DNA from: Chara braunii
Lineage: Eukaryota > Plantae > Charophyceae
Length of the DNA: 64,000 nucleotides
NCBI GenBank assembly: GCA_003427395.1
Contig: BFEA01000020.1
Location: forward strand, 3,735,681-3,799,680
Direction of reading: 5' to 3'
Part shown: piece by piece, positions 38,916 to 52,174 of the stretch
Position numbering within the stretch: the stretch's first letter is position 1
Layout: each line of letters begins with the position of its first letter
The notes under the pieces: model-generated
Database searches by the model: none
What the model was told of the DNA's origin: nothing
The model's input: the letters and a program-made list of their open reading frames with translations, nothing else
Program-made: the position numbers and the translations under genes

Positions 38916-40260
38916 TTGGGTAAACGCTATGGGGGACTCAGAAAGTGTAGGAGATGCGGTGGATGTACGAACGAACTGATTAACCTTTTCCATATAGGCA
39001 AAGATAACGTTCTCACTCAGTACACCCCTGAAGTGATGAGATGGGGAAAAAATATGGAACTACACAGGATTCACGTGCTGCGTGACAAGGAAGTCTGGAT
39101 TGCATATTAGCCAAATACCCCATTGGCAGAGCTCCCCTTAGATCCAAAGAACTACCAGTGGCCACACCCACAAAAATGCAGATCTCAGGGAAATGCGAAG
39201 TTGTACAATCTGACGGTGAAGGCAACATATCGACTGCTGCGATCAAAAGTAAACATTAAAGAAAATGTGAAAGACCGATGAAGGTCCCAATTAAACGTGG
39301 GGATTGAGGTTATCCGCCCTATTTTATGGTTCACTGCCACAAGGTCTAGGCCAGAAAAAATGGTCTCGCTTCAGTGGCAGATAGAACATCGTTGCCTTCC
39401 CACCAACGATTGGCTGATAGATCGAACCTCTTTAGAGCAGAAGGGGAGGGTGTTACCATGGTGTAAATCGTGTCATACTGTCTTTCCCTCCCGCAAAATC
39501 CCGGAAACCATAGAGCACATCTTCATGCAGTGTCCAGAGGCAGTTCTTACATGGCGTTGGTGGGATAGGATTTGGTCCCAGTCGGGCACTGGGTCAAAGT
39601 GGCCTTGGGATTGGAAGACCATATTAAGCGAGACATGGACCTCCCCCATGGATAACACTTTTGAAAATAATATGTTTAAATAGGGAGGAGAGCGGTCATA
39701 TGGACCTTGTGGAGGAAACGTTGTATACATGCCATAGAGGGGGTTCGCATAGCAGAGGGAGAGGCGACAAATATGATAAAACAATATATCCAACAAGAAC
39801 TAACGATACATTGGCAAAAAGTTAAAAATCAATTGGATTTTTTTCATTCATCCAAATATATAACACAAGCAATTCAACAATTCTCAAGTGACTGGTTGGG
39901 CAGTGAGAACGGGGGATGGATTCCCTCCGTCTGTTGGGACGGCAAGCCTACCCAGGAATGCCATCAGAAGAGGTAAAAAAGGATTACCGTATTTGCTTCA
40001 AAGACTGGACATTAGTGGGCCATGAGATCCCGCTGCGACCATCCACATAATTTCTCTATCCCTTCCCGCCCCACCAATTGGCAATAGTAGATATGCAATG
40101 GTATGGAGCAGATTGAGGAGCAAGGACGGAGCACACAGAAGACGCCCAAAGCTTACTCCATTCCAACAAACCTAATACTAACCCTGTGCAGTCAATCCCC
40201 TAGAAATAGGGTAATCAATGTTGGCAGGCCTATAGACTGAAGGTGCGAGAAAGACAAGAG
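38916..40260 (+). mobile_element. 5'-truncated LINE-A-family fragment (ORF2 C-terminus and 3' UTR)
   Basis: SLQWQIEHRCLPTNDWL...ETIEHIFMQCP (39297-39683), closely similar to 8677-9045. Confidence 0.85.
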
Positions 40261-41485
40261 AATAAGGTTTAAGGTCTAAGGAATAAACAGTGGAAACCAC
40301 CTTCAGCAGCATATCATTCAATATACGAAGCAAGCAAGCATCTCCAACATTTAAGTCTGGATCAGCCAACAGAGTGGCTGAGAGGAGCTGGCCAAGCCAT
40401 CGTATACAAGTCAAGCACCGCACAAGTAGGCTAACTTAGGCAGGGGTGAGGGGTGGTATATCCTTCCCAAAGGAAGTAATCAATGTCGTCTGCTCGGACC
40501 TCTCAACCGGAATGGGAAAGAGTGTGTGTGTGTGACGATTGTGACTATTGTATTCATCTTTGAATTATCGGGGGAACAGAAACCGAGCTGTCGCTCCCCA
40601 GAATGGCAGGAGCCAGAACCGAGAGGTTCTGATTAAAAAAAAAAAAAAAGGATACCTAGAGAAAAGGGTTGATGACCTGGATGCCTGCAACTCCTCCTTC
40701 ATAGTCGAGACAACAAAATATGACCTCCGACAGGACGAAGGTGACCGACACTAGCTCCTCCCAGATGCTATCACGCTCGTAGACATCTTGGTGAGGACAT
40801 TGTCGAACGATTATCGGCAACACGCATTGGTCTAAGCGCTAAAACAGTGACGGCGAAATGCGCAGGGGGACTCAAATCTACTGGGACATTTTGTAAGGAT
40901 TCATTCTCTACTTGGGCTTGAAGATACTTCTGCCCAACCTGGGCTTCTTAAAGGGGGCAAAGATTCATTCTCTACTTGGGCTTAAAGATACTTTTGGCCA
41001 ACCTGTGGGCAAAAAAAAAAAACAGCAGGCAAGCCTGCTTCCTTTGTGAGCACTGCTGCATTGTTGCTAATTTGGTGCAAATTTGTCCGAACCGGCCTGA
41101 AATGTCAGAGCCTTCCTTAGCTGAAATCGGGTAATAGCCCCGGTAATTCAGATCATGTAAGAGCATTCATTCAGTGTATCAGGGACGCTGGACTTGTTTT
41201 CCAGCAGGTGCGGCTCCCCACCAATAGACTGGAGCGACTGGAGGCCGGCCTGCTAGAGGAAAGGGCTCATATCCTCCCCTCCCCCCCCTCTAGCTGCACG
41301 GACCAATAACTATTCCCCAGAAAGAAAGGAAAAAGGGACTTCTGCAAGGAAAATAAACGAAAGCGATAGACAGGAAACCAAATTGCAAAAGCACGCTGTA
41401 GTCCACATAGTTGTGTACCAAGCAGAAAGCACAATGCACCGAAATATGAGTCAAATAACAGCAATACAGTGAACTCAAATCTCAA

Positions 41486-42348
41486 TGTCGACACTCTCTC
41501 ACCATATCAGCATAGTATCTAATTTCGCTCTTTCAGGTTGGCGCTCAACGCCCAGCCTATCCTACTCAGCCTATCTAGCCTACACTACGTTCATGCAACA
41601 GGAGTCACTTCGAGTTGAAGACCAATGTACGTGATGACGTCGCTAATGCAGACTGCCAACATACACCAGGTACGTGCCTCTTCTCTCTCCCACCTCACCC
41701 TTGTCTTCCCCCACAGTGTGCTCCCCTTTACCCGAAGACCGTTATCACCCACTGGCATCCCGTGAGCGGGCCTGGCTATGGTCGCTTGTGCCTGTTGTCG
41801 CCACACCGCCCCTCTCACCTCCAGTGCCTGCGTGCGGCCTCTGGCCGCTCGTGCCCACGCAGCCTCCTGCTATAAGCGCAGCCGCTTGGTCGTGCAAGGC
41901 CAGAATGTCCCGTGGCCTGGGCGCTCACTTTCCTATATGGAAAGTGAGTCTGCTTTGCTGCAGCGATGGGTCTGGCATGTGTGTCCCAGTAGCCTCAAGT
42001 TGGGCCAAAGTGTTTGCGCCAGGCCCCTTTTAGACAGTTGCCTGGTCGTGCAACATAGGAGTACACCCAACCACCCAGGCTTGCTGTGAGGTGTTCCCTG
42101 CTTGCTGATTGGCCGAGAGGCTAGCTTCCACGTCCATCCTTGGAAGAGCCTAGACGGCTCAGGGAAGATTCTGATGCTCTCGAGATGGGCCTGAATAACC
42201 ACTGACGTGTGGTAACTGTCTGGCACCCAACAATGCAGAAATGGCAAAAATGGGGCCTTCACTTAGGGCGGGCACGTTGCATGCTAGGGGCCCCTTGGGC
42301 ATTGGGAGGACGCAACCTAATCGCCTTTAAAAGGGCTAAATCCTCGCA
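41486..42348 (-). repeat. Probable 3' LTR of Gypsy-2, with PPT at 42349-42361
   Basis: Minus strand AAGGGGGATGGGA is followed by TGCGAGG. Putative end GTGTCGACA at 41486. No second LTR is available to confirm. Confidence 0.55.
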
Positions 42349-42835
42349 TCCCATCCCCCTTAGCTTCGAAAGTCCGTTGAGATGCTTTTACGCAGGTGCT
42401 TTCCCCTTCAACTTTCGTCCATACTCTGCAACGACCGGAGGGGGATGTCTTGACAAGTTCTTCTTTCGTGAACCAATAGCCTTCCTCTGGATCCGTATGA
42501 TGCCTGAATCTGACCTGGTACTCCCTTGTAGGTTTTGACGATCTTCCCCTACCCACAGGCTTGGGAACATGCAGATCTCTGTATTTCAAGATGTTGTCGA
42601 CGCCCACATGCCCATCCATGGCTGGGACCAGGATTGATCCCGTGATGGGAACTTGTCAGTCTCAACGAAAGGTGCAAGCCTGGAAGCGTGAAACAAAAGG
42701 TAAGTCCGCAGGCGACCAAGTATTCTAATCACACAGGAGGGTCCATCCGGATCACTACCCACAATATCTAAGACTTTTCAAAAACCGAAATATTGAGGCA
42801 TTAGTTTTCTAGAGATTCCGAACTCATGTCCGAAC

Positions 42836-43172
42836 CTGCGTAGCACGGCGAACGTGTTCGCGCGAACAACTCACGAACATGTTCGGGCGAACATAATTTT
42901 TTTTCGTAAAAAAAAAAAAAAAAAAAAACAATTGTTTTGGTTTTTTATTTTAAAATCATGATTGGCTACGAATTTGAACATGACTCCAAGACAAAAGTTG
43001 CTTGTATTGTTATTTCACATAACATATATTTTTTTCAGATTTTTCTGAGAACTTCTTTTTTCTATTTTCTTTTTTATTTTTTATGTTCGCGTTCGGAGGG
43101 TTTTGGGCGCTTGTTCGCGTTTGGGCGAACATGTTCGCGTTCGCCTCTGAACGCGAACACGGTGCTACATAG
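42836..43172. mobile_element. hAT-like MITE inserted in Gypsy-2 integrase
   Basis: TIR ctgcgtagcac / gtgctacatag. 8-bp TSD gtccgaac / gtcctaac (nTnnnnAn pattern). Subterminal cgaac/gttcg repeats. Removal restores VWVKANELGHEFGISRKLMPQYFG. Confidence 0.85.
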
Positions 43173-44453
43173 GTCCTAACTCATTGGCTTTAACCCAGAC
43201 TCATTCTCCTACCTGAAATGTGGACTGCCGTCTGTGTATGTTCATAGACTCTTGGGATTTTCTGATGTGCTCGACAACCTGCTGCAACAACTTCTCATAC
43301 TGGACACCAAATTCAATGGTTCCATGAGTTGCAGCTTGTCGGTTTTTAGGAAGGAGAAAGTCTAACGCTGATCTACGCTTTCAACCCAAATGCAACTCAG
43401 TTGGAGAGACATTTGTGGTTCTATGAACTGCGTTGTTGTACAGGCTGGCGATGAGAAGTAGCTTCTCATCCCAGACATCCTGCATGGGCTTGATGTAATG
43501 CTGCAGCAGGTGTTGTGCCACGTGGTTCATCTGCTCCGCTTGACCATTGGCTTCAGAGGAATTCCCTGAAGTCATTTGGAGTTGGTTGCGCATCAACTCA
43601 GTCGCTTTCTTCCGCATTTCACTGGTGAAACAAACATCTTTATCACTAACAATGGACTTGAGAAGTACAAAATCACACACCCAGCTGTCCATGAATAATT
43701 TCATGACGTGCTCAGTCTTTGTTGTCTCTAACATGGCAACGAGTCTAGCATATTTGGTGAAGTGGTCTACAATGACAAAAATATGTGTTTTGTGATTCTT
43801 GTTGGTCACGAGGGTATCCATGAAGTTCATGGAAACGCGCTGTCGCTGACCAGCAGGAGTAGGCAAGGGCTTGATCAACCCAAGTGGTGCTTGAGTTCTC
43901 GGTTTATCCTGTTGACATACTATACACATTTGTACATATCGCTTCGTATCATCAAACATAGACGGGCACCAAATCGTTGCATTAGGTTAACACTAGTCTT
44001 TTTAAAGCCGAAGTGTTCGGTTGCATCATATGACACTCACCTAAAAATAAACTACGCAAAGACTCACTAGATGGAACACAGTCTCTCAACCCTGCCTTCT
44101 AAGAAAAAAGCAACCCATCCACCATAACATACTCGTCAGATGTGGCCTTGTCTAGGGAATCGAGCTTGCGTATGGCATCCATCATGATAGGGTTTTCTTT
44201 GTCTGCGTCCACCGCGGATCAAGTCAGCTCGTCAGATAGGTCAAACTCAATAATTAGCGCACCTAGGTAAAGTTCACCAACAACCTTATTGTTCTCCCCC
44301 TTCAGATAGTCCAGCTTGAAGTCATATTGGTCTATGACTTCAATCCAACGTTTGAGTGCATCGCAAAGAACCGGTTGTGTCTTAATCCACTTGAGTGTCT
44401 CGTGGTCAGATCTCAAATAAAAAAATATGCCCAACAGGCAATGTCTCCAATGA

Positions 44454-44925
44454 CACAAGCGGTTATCGGTTTGCTGAAAATTCAGGAATGAAAATTATGA
44501 AGTGAGAGTTTTGGGTAGTCTGAAAATCCTGAATGGTCCTGAAGTGGTGAAAGGTCCAAAGACCCTGAAAACCACCTGTTTAGGCAGGCTGCATCCTCAA
44601 GTGGCGAAGGGTGTCCTGAAGTGGTCAAGCGAGAGTTTTGGACAGTCTGAAAATCTTGAATGGTCCTGAAGCGGTGAAAGGTCCGAAGACCATAAAAACC
44701 ACCCTTCATCACTTGAGGATGCAACCTACCTAAGCAGGTGGTTTTCAGGGTCTTTGAAGCTTTCACCACTTCAAGACCATTCAGGATTTTTATACCTGAA
44801 TGGTCCTGATGTGGTGAAAGGTCCGAAGACCCTGAAAACCACATGTTTAGGCAGGCTGCACCTTGAAGTGGTGAAGGTTGTCCTAAAGTGGTGATGAAAA
44901 ATACGACTGTTGTTAACCTTCTCTC
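44454..44925. mobile_element. Non-autonomous DNA transposon in Gypsy-2 RNase H (same type as 14465-15396)
   Basis: 8-bp TSD tccaatga / tccaatgg. Ends CACAAGCGGTTATC...GTTAACCTTCTCTC. ctgaagtgg-rich direct and inverted repeats inside. Removal restores KVLTHWRHCLLG. Confidence 0.85.
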
Positions 44926-47900
44926 TCCAATGGGTTAGAACTTTGTTCAGGGTGTAAAGTTCCCTCTCGTAGGTTGATCGCCCCAACTTCTTTGATGACA
45001 TCTACTTACTCATTTACTTTATTGGTCTAAATTTTTTCCCATCCTGTTGAGTCAGCACTGCGCCAATGCCATATTGGCTTGCGCAGCGGTAACAATGAAT
45101 GACTTTTTAAGATCAGGGAGCATGAAAACCTCATGATGCATGAGAGTATACTTCAATCGCTTGAAGACTCTCTTGCATTCGTCGGTCCATGGGAGCATGT
45201 GAACCTCATGATGCATGAGAGCATACTTCAATCGCTTGAAGGCTCTTTTGCATTCGTCGGTCCATTCCCATTGACTGTCGAGGCGAGTTACATCAGTTAA
45301 AGGGGAAGCCACTATGCTATAGTTTTTCATAAAATTGCGGTAGTAGCCTATCACCTCGCCAAAAGACAGACCTCTGTCACAAACTGAGGTCGTCGCCAGT
45401 CTCGAATACCAGCCATCTTCGCATCTACCGACCTAACACCATTCGCGGATATTTCATGACCCAAGTATAAGATCTTGGTTCGACCAAATTCATAAGTCTC
45501 GAAGTTGACCTTATGTTTGTGTTATTGTAGGAGCCCAAGCACAAGGTCAACATGTTGCGCATGCTCCTCAACAGTCTTACTAGAGATAAGGACGTCGTCG
45601 AGGTTCACAACGCTAAACTTACGTAGTCGTAAAATGTTATATTCACGACATGGAGGAATGTATCTGGCGCATAGCAAAGGCCAATCAATATCACCACAAA
45701 CTCGTACAAACCGTGCCTGGTCTGAAATGCGACTCTGTGTTGATCCTTTGGTCCAATCACAATCTGATGGTAGCCGGATTTTAGGTTTATCTTCATACAG
45801 TAGCTACATCCCTGCACCCTATCCAATCGGCCATCAATGCAGGGTAGAGGCTCTGCGTTTTTCACAGTGATGGCAGTAAGGTCTCTGTAATCAATGCACA
45901 ACTTGAAAGATCTTGCTTTCTTTGGAACAAATAAGACCGGTGATCCGTAGGGAGATGTGCTAAGTCGTATCAAACCCTTCTCTATAAGCTCTTTCAGTTG
46001 TCGTCGAAATTCGTCAAACTCGGTCGGGGCTATCCTATAGATTCTCCTCCTTGGCGTTTTACTGCGTGGGATGATTTTTATGGCATGAACGATCTTCCTC
46101 TCTACGACTCCCGAAAGCCCCACAAACAGATCAAGGTACTTAGCAACGATGACTTCGATCTTTGGGGGTGATTTAACCGTCTCCCCTTTCTCAAATGACA
46201 AAGACCAAGTACATGCCCTCCTCTTGGTTATGTTTATAGTAATTATAAAACTCTGATGCGCACATGCAACCATAGGAGTCGACTAACCTGCTAGCCCTAT
46301 GCTTAGCTAGTCTAACAGTCCTCCCATCAGGCAACACGTGCTTGAGCATCTTTCCCAATCAAACTGGTTGGCAACCTCGAGGTGGTACATACCCAACAAC
46401 ATGTCGAATGGCAAGTCGTCGTTAACCAGGAACGAAATCTTATGATTAAGTTCCTCTCCTCCATAGGAAAAGGTGCAAACCACGTCCGTAACGTCGTTGT
46501 GGACAACCATGCGCTCCATAGGAGAAGGTGCTTGAGCATCTTAGCTGCTGCACCTGGTCCCCTAAGCACAACCTTTCAACACAATTGTGACTTATGAAGT
46601 TTTGCGTGGAGTCATGTCTTCTAAGGCCTTAGACACATCTAACGAATATAGTATCCTTTGGTCAAGACGCGCCTGCGGGATGACAAGCGAGTCAAACTTC
46701 CAAAGTGGTGAAGGGACATCCTCCACTTCAGCACGAGTAGAGACGGCTATAACCTCTACTGGCCTCATGTGTTTCCTTGGGACGAGCTCGTAGAAGCTCC
46801 TCCCAGGGAGGATGATCCGCCAACACCCAACGTGGGTGGGATCTTTTGAGGTACCTTTGCGTTCTTGCACTTTAACTGCTGATGGTCGTACTGGCACATT
46901 TAATGCAAGCACCTCGCGTGTATCGGTCCCTCCACACATCTTGATCAAGGCCAGCTCTCACCCAGGCCGGGGCATTGAACGGTTTCTGGGCCTTCCCCTG
47001 ACTCTTTTGCTGGTCGCCCTTGCACGGACCAGCAGCCTTACCTTTGGTTGCCGGGGCGAGGTTTCCTCCCCCTAGACTCTCCTCGCCGCCTAACTCTATT
47101 TCCTCCACAAGAACTGAAATATACTCATCTCCACTTGATTCTCATCGGAATCAACCATCATCAATCGATTACCCTTCTTCTTCCATTCTTGTGTGATCTT
47201 CTTCTTCATACCGTGTACAACAACTTGCTACGCTCCTCCTAGCTTGGCCTCTAAGTCTAGAGCCTTCTTGCTAAAGGAGTCCAGGTCGTGAAGTTCGATG
47301 CTGGCCTCGGTGACCATCAGGTTCTTGATGTCTGTGGGAATACATCTCAGGAACATGGTAAGCAGAACCTGTGGAACGTAGCACACCCCTAGGATGACGA
47401 CGACGAGTCTCTCTACAACGCTGGGAGCTCGAGTACCGTCTTGTACCTTTTAGTATCAAGCCAGGCCAACGCATAAGTGGCCTGCTAAGCCTGCCAAGGG
47501 CTGTGTCACCGGGCGTCCGCGAAACCAATAAAGGACTGTAATGTCTGGGTCTGTGCCCAGTCGTTCATCCTCCTACCATATCCTCGGGATGCTACTAACC
47601 CATCCAACCATCTAACCGCCGAACCACTAAGGTATGAGGCAACTGTAACCACTTTCTCTTCACGTAACGTTCTCTTGGCCCTCACCCACACTGGAACCGT
47701 CCTCAACCAGGTATCAAGGGCCTCATCCTTCTTTTCACCAAAGAAAGTATGAGGTGGGTTCAGTGGGGTCTTTGGGTACCGAGGTTGCTGTGGTCCAAAT
47801 GGAACCTGTTGCTGCGTAGGTTGCTGGACCGGCTGCAGCAGCTGGACCTGAGGATGAAGAAGCAGCAGTCTCTGCAGCTGCTGCTGACGTACCACCTGGT

Positions 47901-48710
47901 GGGACACCAAACTGAGGAACCAATGGGATTGCCGGATATGGGGACGGCAATGGAAAGACTGCTTGGGGCCTGCCACTAGGCCCACCTGTTGTGGAAGGGA
48001 CTGGACTTCCCTTCCCCTGCATGGCACTAAGTATCAGGTCAAGAGTTGACTGAATATCACCAGTTTGCTGTCCATGTACTCATACATGCTCTTCATACCC
48101 GCCTTGAGTATTCTACTAGTATCGTCTAGGACCTGCCACCTAAACACTGTCCCTAGCCCACTAACAGCAGAGTCCCAACCCGTCCCTGTCACATGGAAGA
48201 CACCACTGCTAGCAACGTCGACGGGTTAAGAAAATAAAAAATAAAAAAATATTGGGTCCTCGATGGGTAAACAAAAAAAAGCCAAAAAAAAAAGCCTCCA
48301 CTACCACCCCAACACGTGCTTGGAGCACAGAGGTCCCAGAAGGAAGAGGTCGTCGTGCAACCCGGAAAGCCCTCCTTGGATCCAATTCAACAAACCATTG
48401 ACATCAACAATGGAAAGAAATCCAAGCGAAACACCAAAACATCCAGTCATCTTTTGTTCTCTGTCCATTTATTGGCCCTGGTTCCACAACTCACCAAATG
48501 TGCAAAATGAAAATGAATCTTTCCACTAGAACATGCAAATATTCACCGGCATAGTTCTTTGTCTTTTGTGCATGTTGTGAGTAGTGGAGCGAGGCCCATT
48601 GTCAAGTTCCCTGCCAGTAGTAATGTGTAGGCGTGAAGCTGGACATGTGCTGGACACTCCGAGTATCTGACCAAAAGAAAAAAGAAAAATGCCTTGTTGC
48701 GGACAATCAG

Positions 48711-48800
48711 TCTGGTATGCTACGGGTTTCCCCGTATGCCTATAGGTAGGAGTAGTGGTAGGTAGGTAGTGTGAGGAAAAATTGAGAGAAGAGTATAGTT

Positions 48801-48838
<38 letters not shown>
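48711..48838 (+). mobile_element. 5'-truncated SINE copy (tail plus poly-A)
   Basis: tctggtatgctacgggtttcc...gagagaagagtatagtt plus A-tract, near-identical to 51191-51305. Confidence 0.85.
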
Positions 48839-48840
<2 letters not shown>

Positions 48841-48859
48841 AAAACAATCCTGATTCCTT

Positions 48860-48902
<43 letters not shown>

Positions 48903-49007
48903 NNNNNATATATATCGTCAAATATATATATATATATTTGTCACAGCCCCTCATTTGTTGTCCTCTTCTCCCTCTCTGCCTACGGTTTACCGGGCAGTTC
49001 TATTTGA

Positions 49008-49057
<50 letters not shown>

Positions 49058-49059
49058 TT

Positions 49060-50312
49060 TTAAACCAGCTCTAGCTGCTAGTGATGATGATAAGAGGAGG
49101 ATCAATCACTAGCAACCCAGCTATTGGCTCCATTCTATTGGTGGGGAGCTTCACCTGCTGGAAACCGGGTCCAGCGTCCCTTATTTACAATATATTGAGA
49201 TACAAGTCAAGGACAAATGTGTCCGTCAGAGGGCTGCCTCTTCAGCCAGAATCTGGCCGCCAGATAACTGTGAAAAAACTAGCAGCTGCCTATACAAAAA
49301 AACACACCCAGATATTACCAAAATGAAAATAACAGGACAAAACGCTTGTCAATGCTTGGAAAAAAAGAAAACACTCGCCAGCCCTCCCCCTTAACCTTCC
49401 CCCCCTCCGAACCAATGAATATCCACCAGAGCAAGCTGTGAAGGAGGAAAGGGATCTGGAAATGTATCTGGCGATCTCAAAACAGCTCCTGGCTGTATAT
49501 TAAACCAATCCTGGAAAGTGATCCCATAATCTCTTTTGAAGTCCATCTCCCCCCTTTCCCCTCCTGGCCACTCCACATTCCCCAGTTTCACTCTTGAAGA
49601 ATCACCCAGCCAGTCCTTTGTGAAAGTTTGGATTTTTTTTTAATATCCTTTTTTTGTTGCATCATGTGAAGTCCCGTTTTAGTCTTATCCCATTGGTACC
49701 TCACTTCTGTTTCTATAAACTGTTGAACTAACTCCGACATTTCTCTACCCTCAATCCTTATCTTTTCCAATGTAAATACACACCTTTTATGCCATAGTGC
49801 CCATAAAATAGCCTTCCTTCCCATATTAAATAAATTGTGCTGAAACGCTGATAGTTCATTAAGAGCAGGGGACCAATGTCCTAATAGAATCGCCCTCCAG
49901 TCCCAAGGCCAATCTAAGCCTGTTAACTTGTTCCATACATAATCCCATCGCCTCCACAACAATTTTGCCCCTGGACATTGCAAAAAAATGTGTTCTATTG
50001 TTTCCCTAATCTTCCTGCTAGGAAAAGCTTCCACACATACACCACACCATGGTAAAGCAACCCCCCTTTGTTCCAAGGTGGTGTGGTCAATCAGCCAGTC
50101 ATTTGTTGGCAAACATCTGTGGATAATCTGCCATTGCAGAGATACAAACTTAGCCGGTTTGTCTTTGACACCTTGACACCACTTAATTGGTTTGAGCATA
50201 TCTGTATAAATATTTAAGTGTCTAGCCCATCGTTCCTGTATAACGTCAATAACATCAACCCGTGGACGTAACAGACGGTACGATGCTTTTACTGATAAGG
50301 TCTGTAAAATTC
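49060..50312 (-). mobile_element. 5'-truncated LINE-A-related fragment (ORF2 C-terminus and 3' UTR)
   Basis: ORF 49588-50199: SLQWQIIHRCLPTNDWL...ETIEHIFLQCP...WPWDWRAILLG. Confidence 0.85.
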
Positions 50313-50365
50313 CTGACGATTTTCATCCCAAAAAAAAAACAAAAAAAAACAGTGGCCCGGGACCA

Positions 50366-50480
50366 CTTTTTTTTTTTTTTTTAAGCTATATTCTTCTCTC
50401 AATTTCACCTCACACTACCTACCTACCACTACTCCTAATTGTAGGCATACGGGAACCCCGTGGCAGCCTGAACCGTGTTC
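50366..50480 (-). mobile_element. 5'-truncated, more diverged SINE tail copy
   Basis: T-tract followed by the reverse complement of the SINE tail (ctcacactacctacctaccactactcct...gcatacggg). Confidence 0.8.
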
Positions 50481-50908
50481 ACGAGAGAACATGCGGGGGC
50501 TGCTCCCGACCTGCAGGTGGCCGGTCGGGCCAAAAAAGTAAAAATAAAAAAAAAAAATAATAAAAAATTAGTTTTCTTCTTTTTTTTAAATTTGGTAAAG
50601 AATTTCAATGCGACCCCTGAGGCAAAAGTTGTTTGCGCAAGGATGACACGCATAAATCGAGAAATGGTCCAAATTGTTTAGCAAGGATTGACAGATTGAA
50701 AAAAAAGTTGTTCAGTTTATTTTTCTGCATAACATTTTTTTTTCAGAATATTTCTATTTTTTATTTTTCTATTTTTTTTGGTTGCTGGCACCTTCTATGG
50801 TCCTTGCATGGCCAGGCAGCCCGGGGAAACAAGGTGACCCAGGTGGCCCAGCTGGTAGGCTAGAATTAAATCAAATTAAATTAAATAAAAAAAGAACTTA
50901 AAAAAAGC

Positions 50909-51305
50909 AGGGTGCAAGCGGCCTAACTCAGTTGGTAAGGCTCGCAAGTGGCATTCAGGAGGTCATGGGTTCAATCCCCATTGGCCTCATGTACCTTCCT
51001 GGGCTTACTTGGCACCCGCTACCCAAGAGATAGACCACTGGATCCCCCGATCGGCATCAAGCAGAGTCTGCTATGCTCGTAGGGGAGGGGCCTGAGGGGA
51101 GGCACGGGGGATTGGTCCGCTTTATCCCTGGTGCTACCTGCCGTCCCCTGGCCGGTATCCTGCAGGCTCGAGGGGCCGTAAAAACACGGCTCTGGTATGC
51201 TACGGGTTTCCCCGTATGCCCATAGGTAGGAGTAGCGGTAGGTAGGTAGTGTGAGGAAAATTTGAGAGAAGAGTATAGTTAAAAAAAAAAAAAAAAAAAA
51301 AAAAA
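50909..51305 (+). mobile_element. Full-length tRNA-derived SINE (~390 bp)
   Basis: A box taactcagttgg (50924-50935), perfect T-arm with B box atggg-ttcaatc-cccat (50965-50981), unique body, tail shared with two other loci, poly-A. Confidence 0.88.
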
Positions 51306-51733
51306 GAGCAATAGCGAAATGACAGAATTCCAGATTGCAGCAACCAGGCACAGTTACTGGAGGAGGCTGCTCGTAGTAGGCGTCAAAAAAAAAAAAAAAA
51401 AAAAAAAATCCAGATTGCAAAATCACAATGAAGGCCAGATCTCCCAAGGACAACGAAGTTGTACATACGAGCATACATGTGCTGTGCCCCGCAGCGACTA
51501 CACACCCGGTTCCTTCATCGTGCATCGATGAAGTCAGTTCACTCCCCATCCGTGGACGACAGCTCGCCATCAATAAAGATCTTCCCCTCCTTCCTCACCC
51601 CTCTAACCTTTCGCTAGTCTAGTCTAACCCACTCCCTCACCTACCTCTTTTCGCCCCTTTCCAAATTATTTCTCCTCTTTTTCTTCAAACAGAATACTGC
51701 AGTATTATGCCATCAGCCCACGATCATACACGT

Positions 51734-51734
<1 letters not shown>

Positions 51735-51810
<76 letters not shown>
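51735..51810. repeat. (CT)n microsatellite
   Basis: Direct reading. Others: (CA)n at about 52126-52172 and 54819-54888, (CT)n at about 55927-56002, (TA)n at about 48865-49055, (GATA)n at about 63746-63803. Confidence 0.95.
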
Positions 51811-51814
<4 letters not shown>

Positions 51815-52125
51815 GTGGCGCAGCCAGCCTCACCCTGCTGCCAAGAATAAGGTGCGCAAAATCGAATGAATCTTCTGCTGAAAGGCGGGTAGGTACATCC
51901 CTGAATCTCCCCCGAGCGTCCGGGCAAATACACGTCCCACACCGCTATCCCCATCAACTCCCTGTGCAGCTACTTCTCTCAATAACTTTCTATCTACTAA
52001 CTCTTCAACCGAACTAACTGTACGATCGGGTTCGCAAGCCCCGAAAACCCCAAACTTGAGTCCTCCCTTGTCCGTTTTCATCCACGAACGAGTACAGAAC
52101 ACTTGTTTCCTTTTCTTCTACCTCN

Positions 52126-52174
<49 letters not shown>

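Larger units (their letters stand above)
41486..48230 (-). mobile_element. Gypsy-2: decayed chromodomain-bearing Ty3/gypsy element; 5' LTR not found
   Basis: gag 47506-48027; RT SPYGSPVLFVPKK, LCIDYRDL, LKSGYHQI; RNase H TYERELY; integrase CIVCQQDK, VIVDHFTKY, ANGQAEQMN; chromodomain-like EYQVRFRHHTDPEEGYWFTKEEL (42317-42619). Confidence 0.88.

Noticed and set aside
50917-50989. Functional tRNA gene
   Set aside because: Acceptor and anticodon stems pair poorly, and it continues into a repeated body with poly-A, so it is a SINE head.
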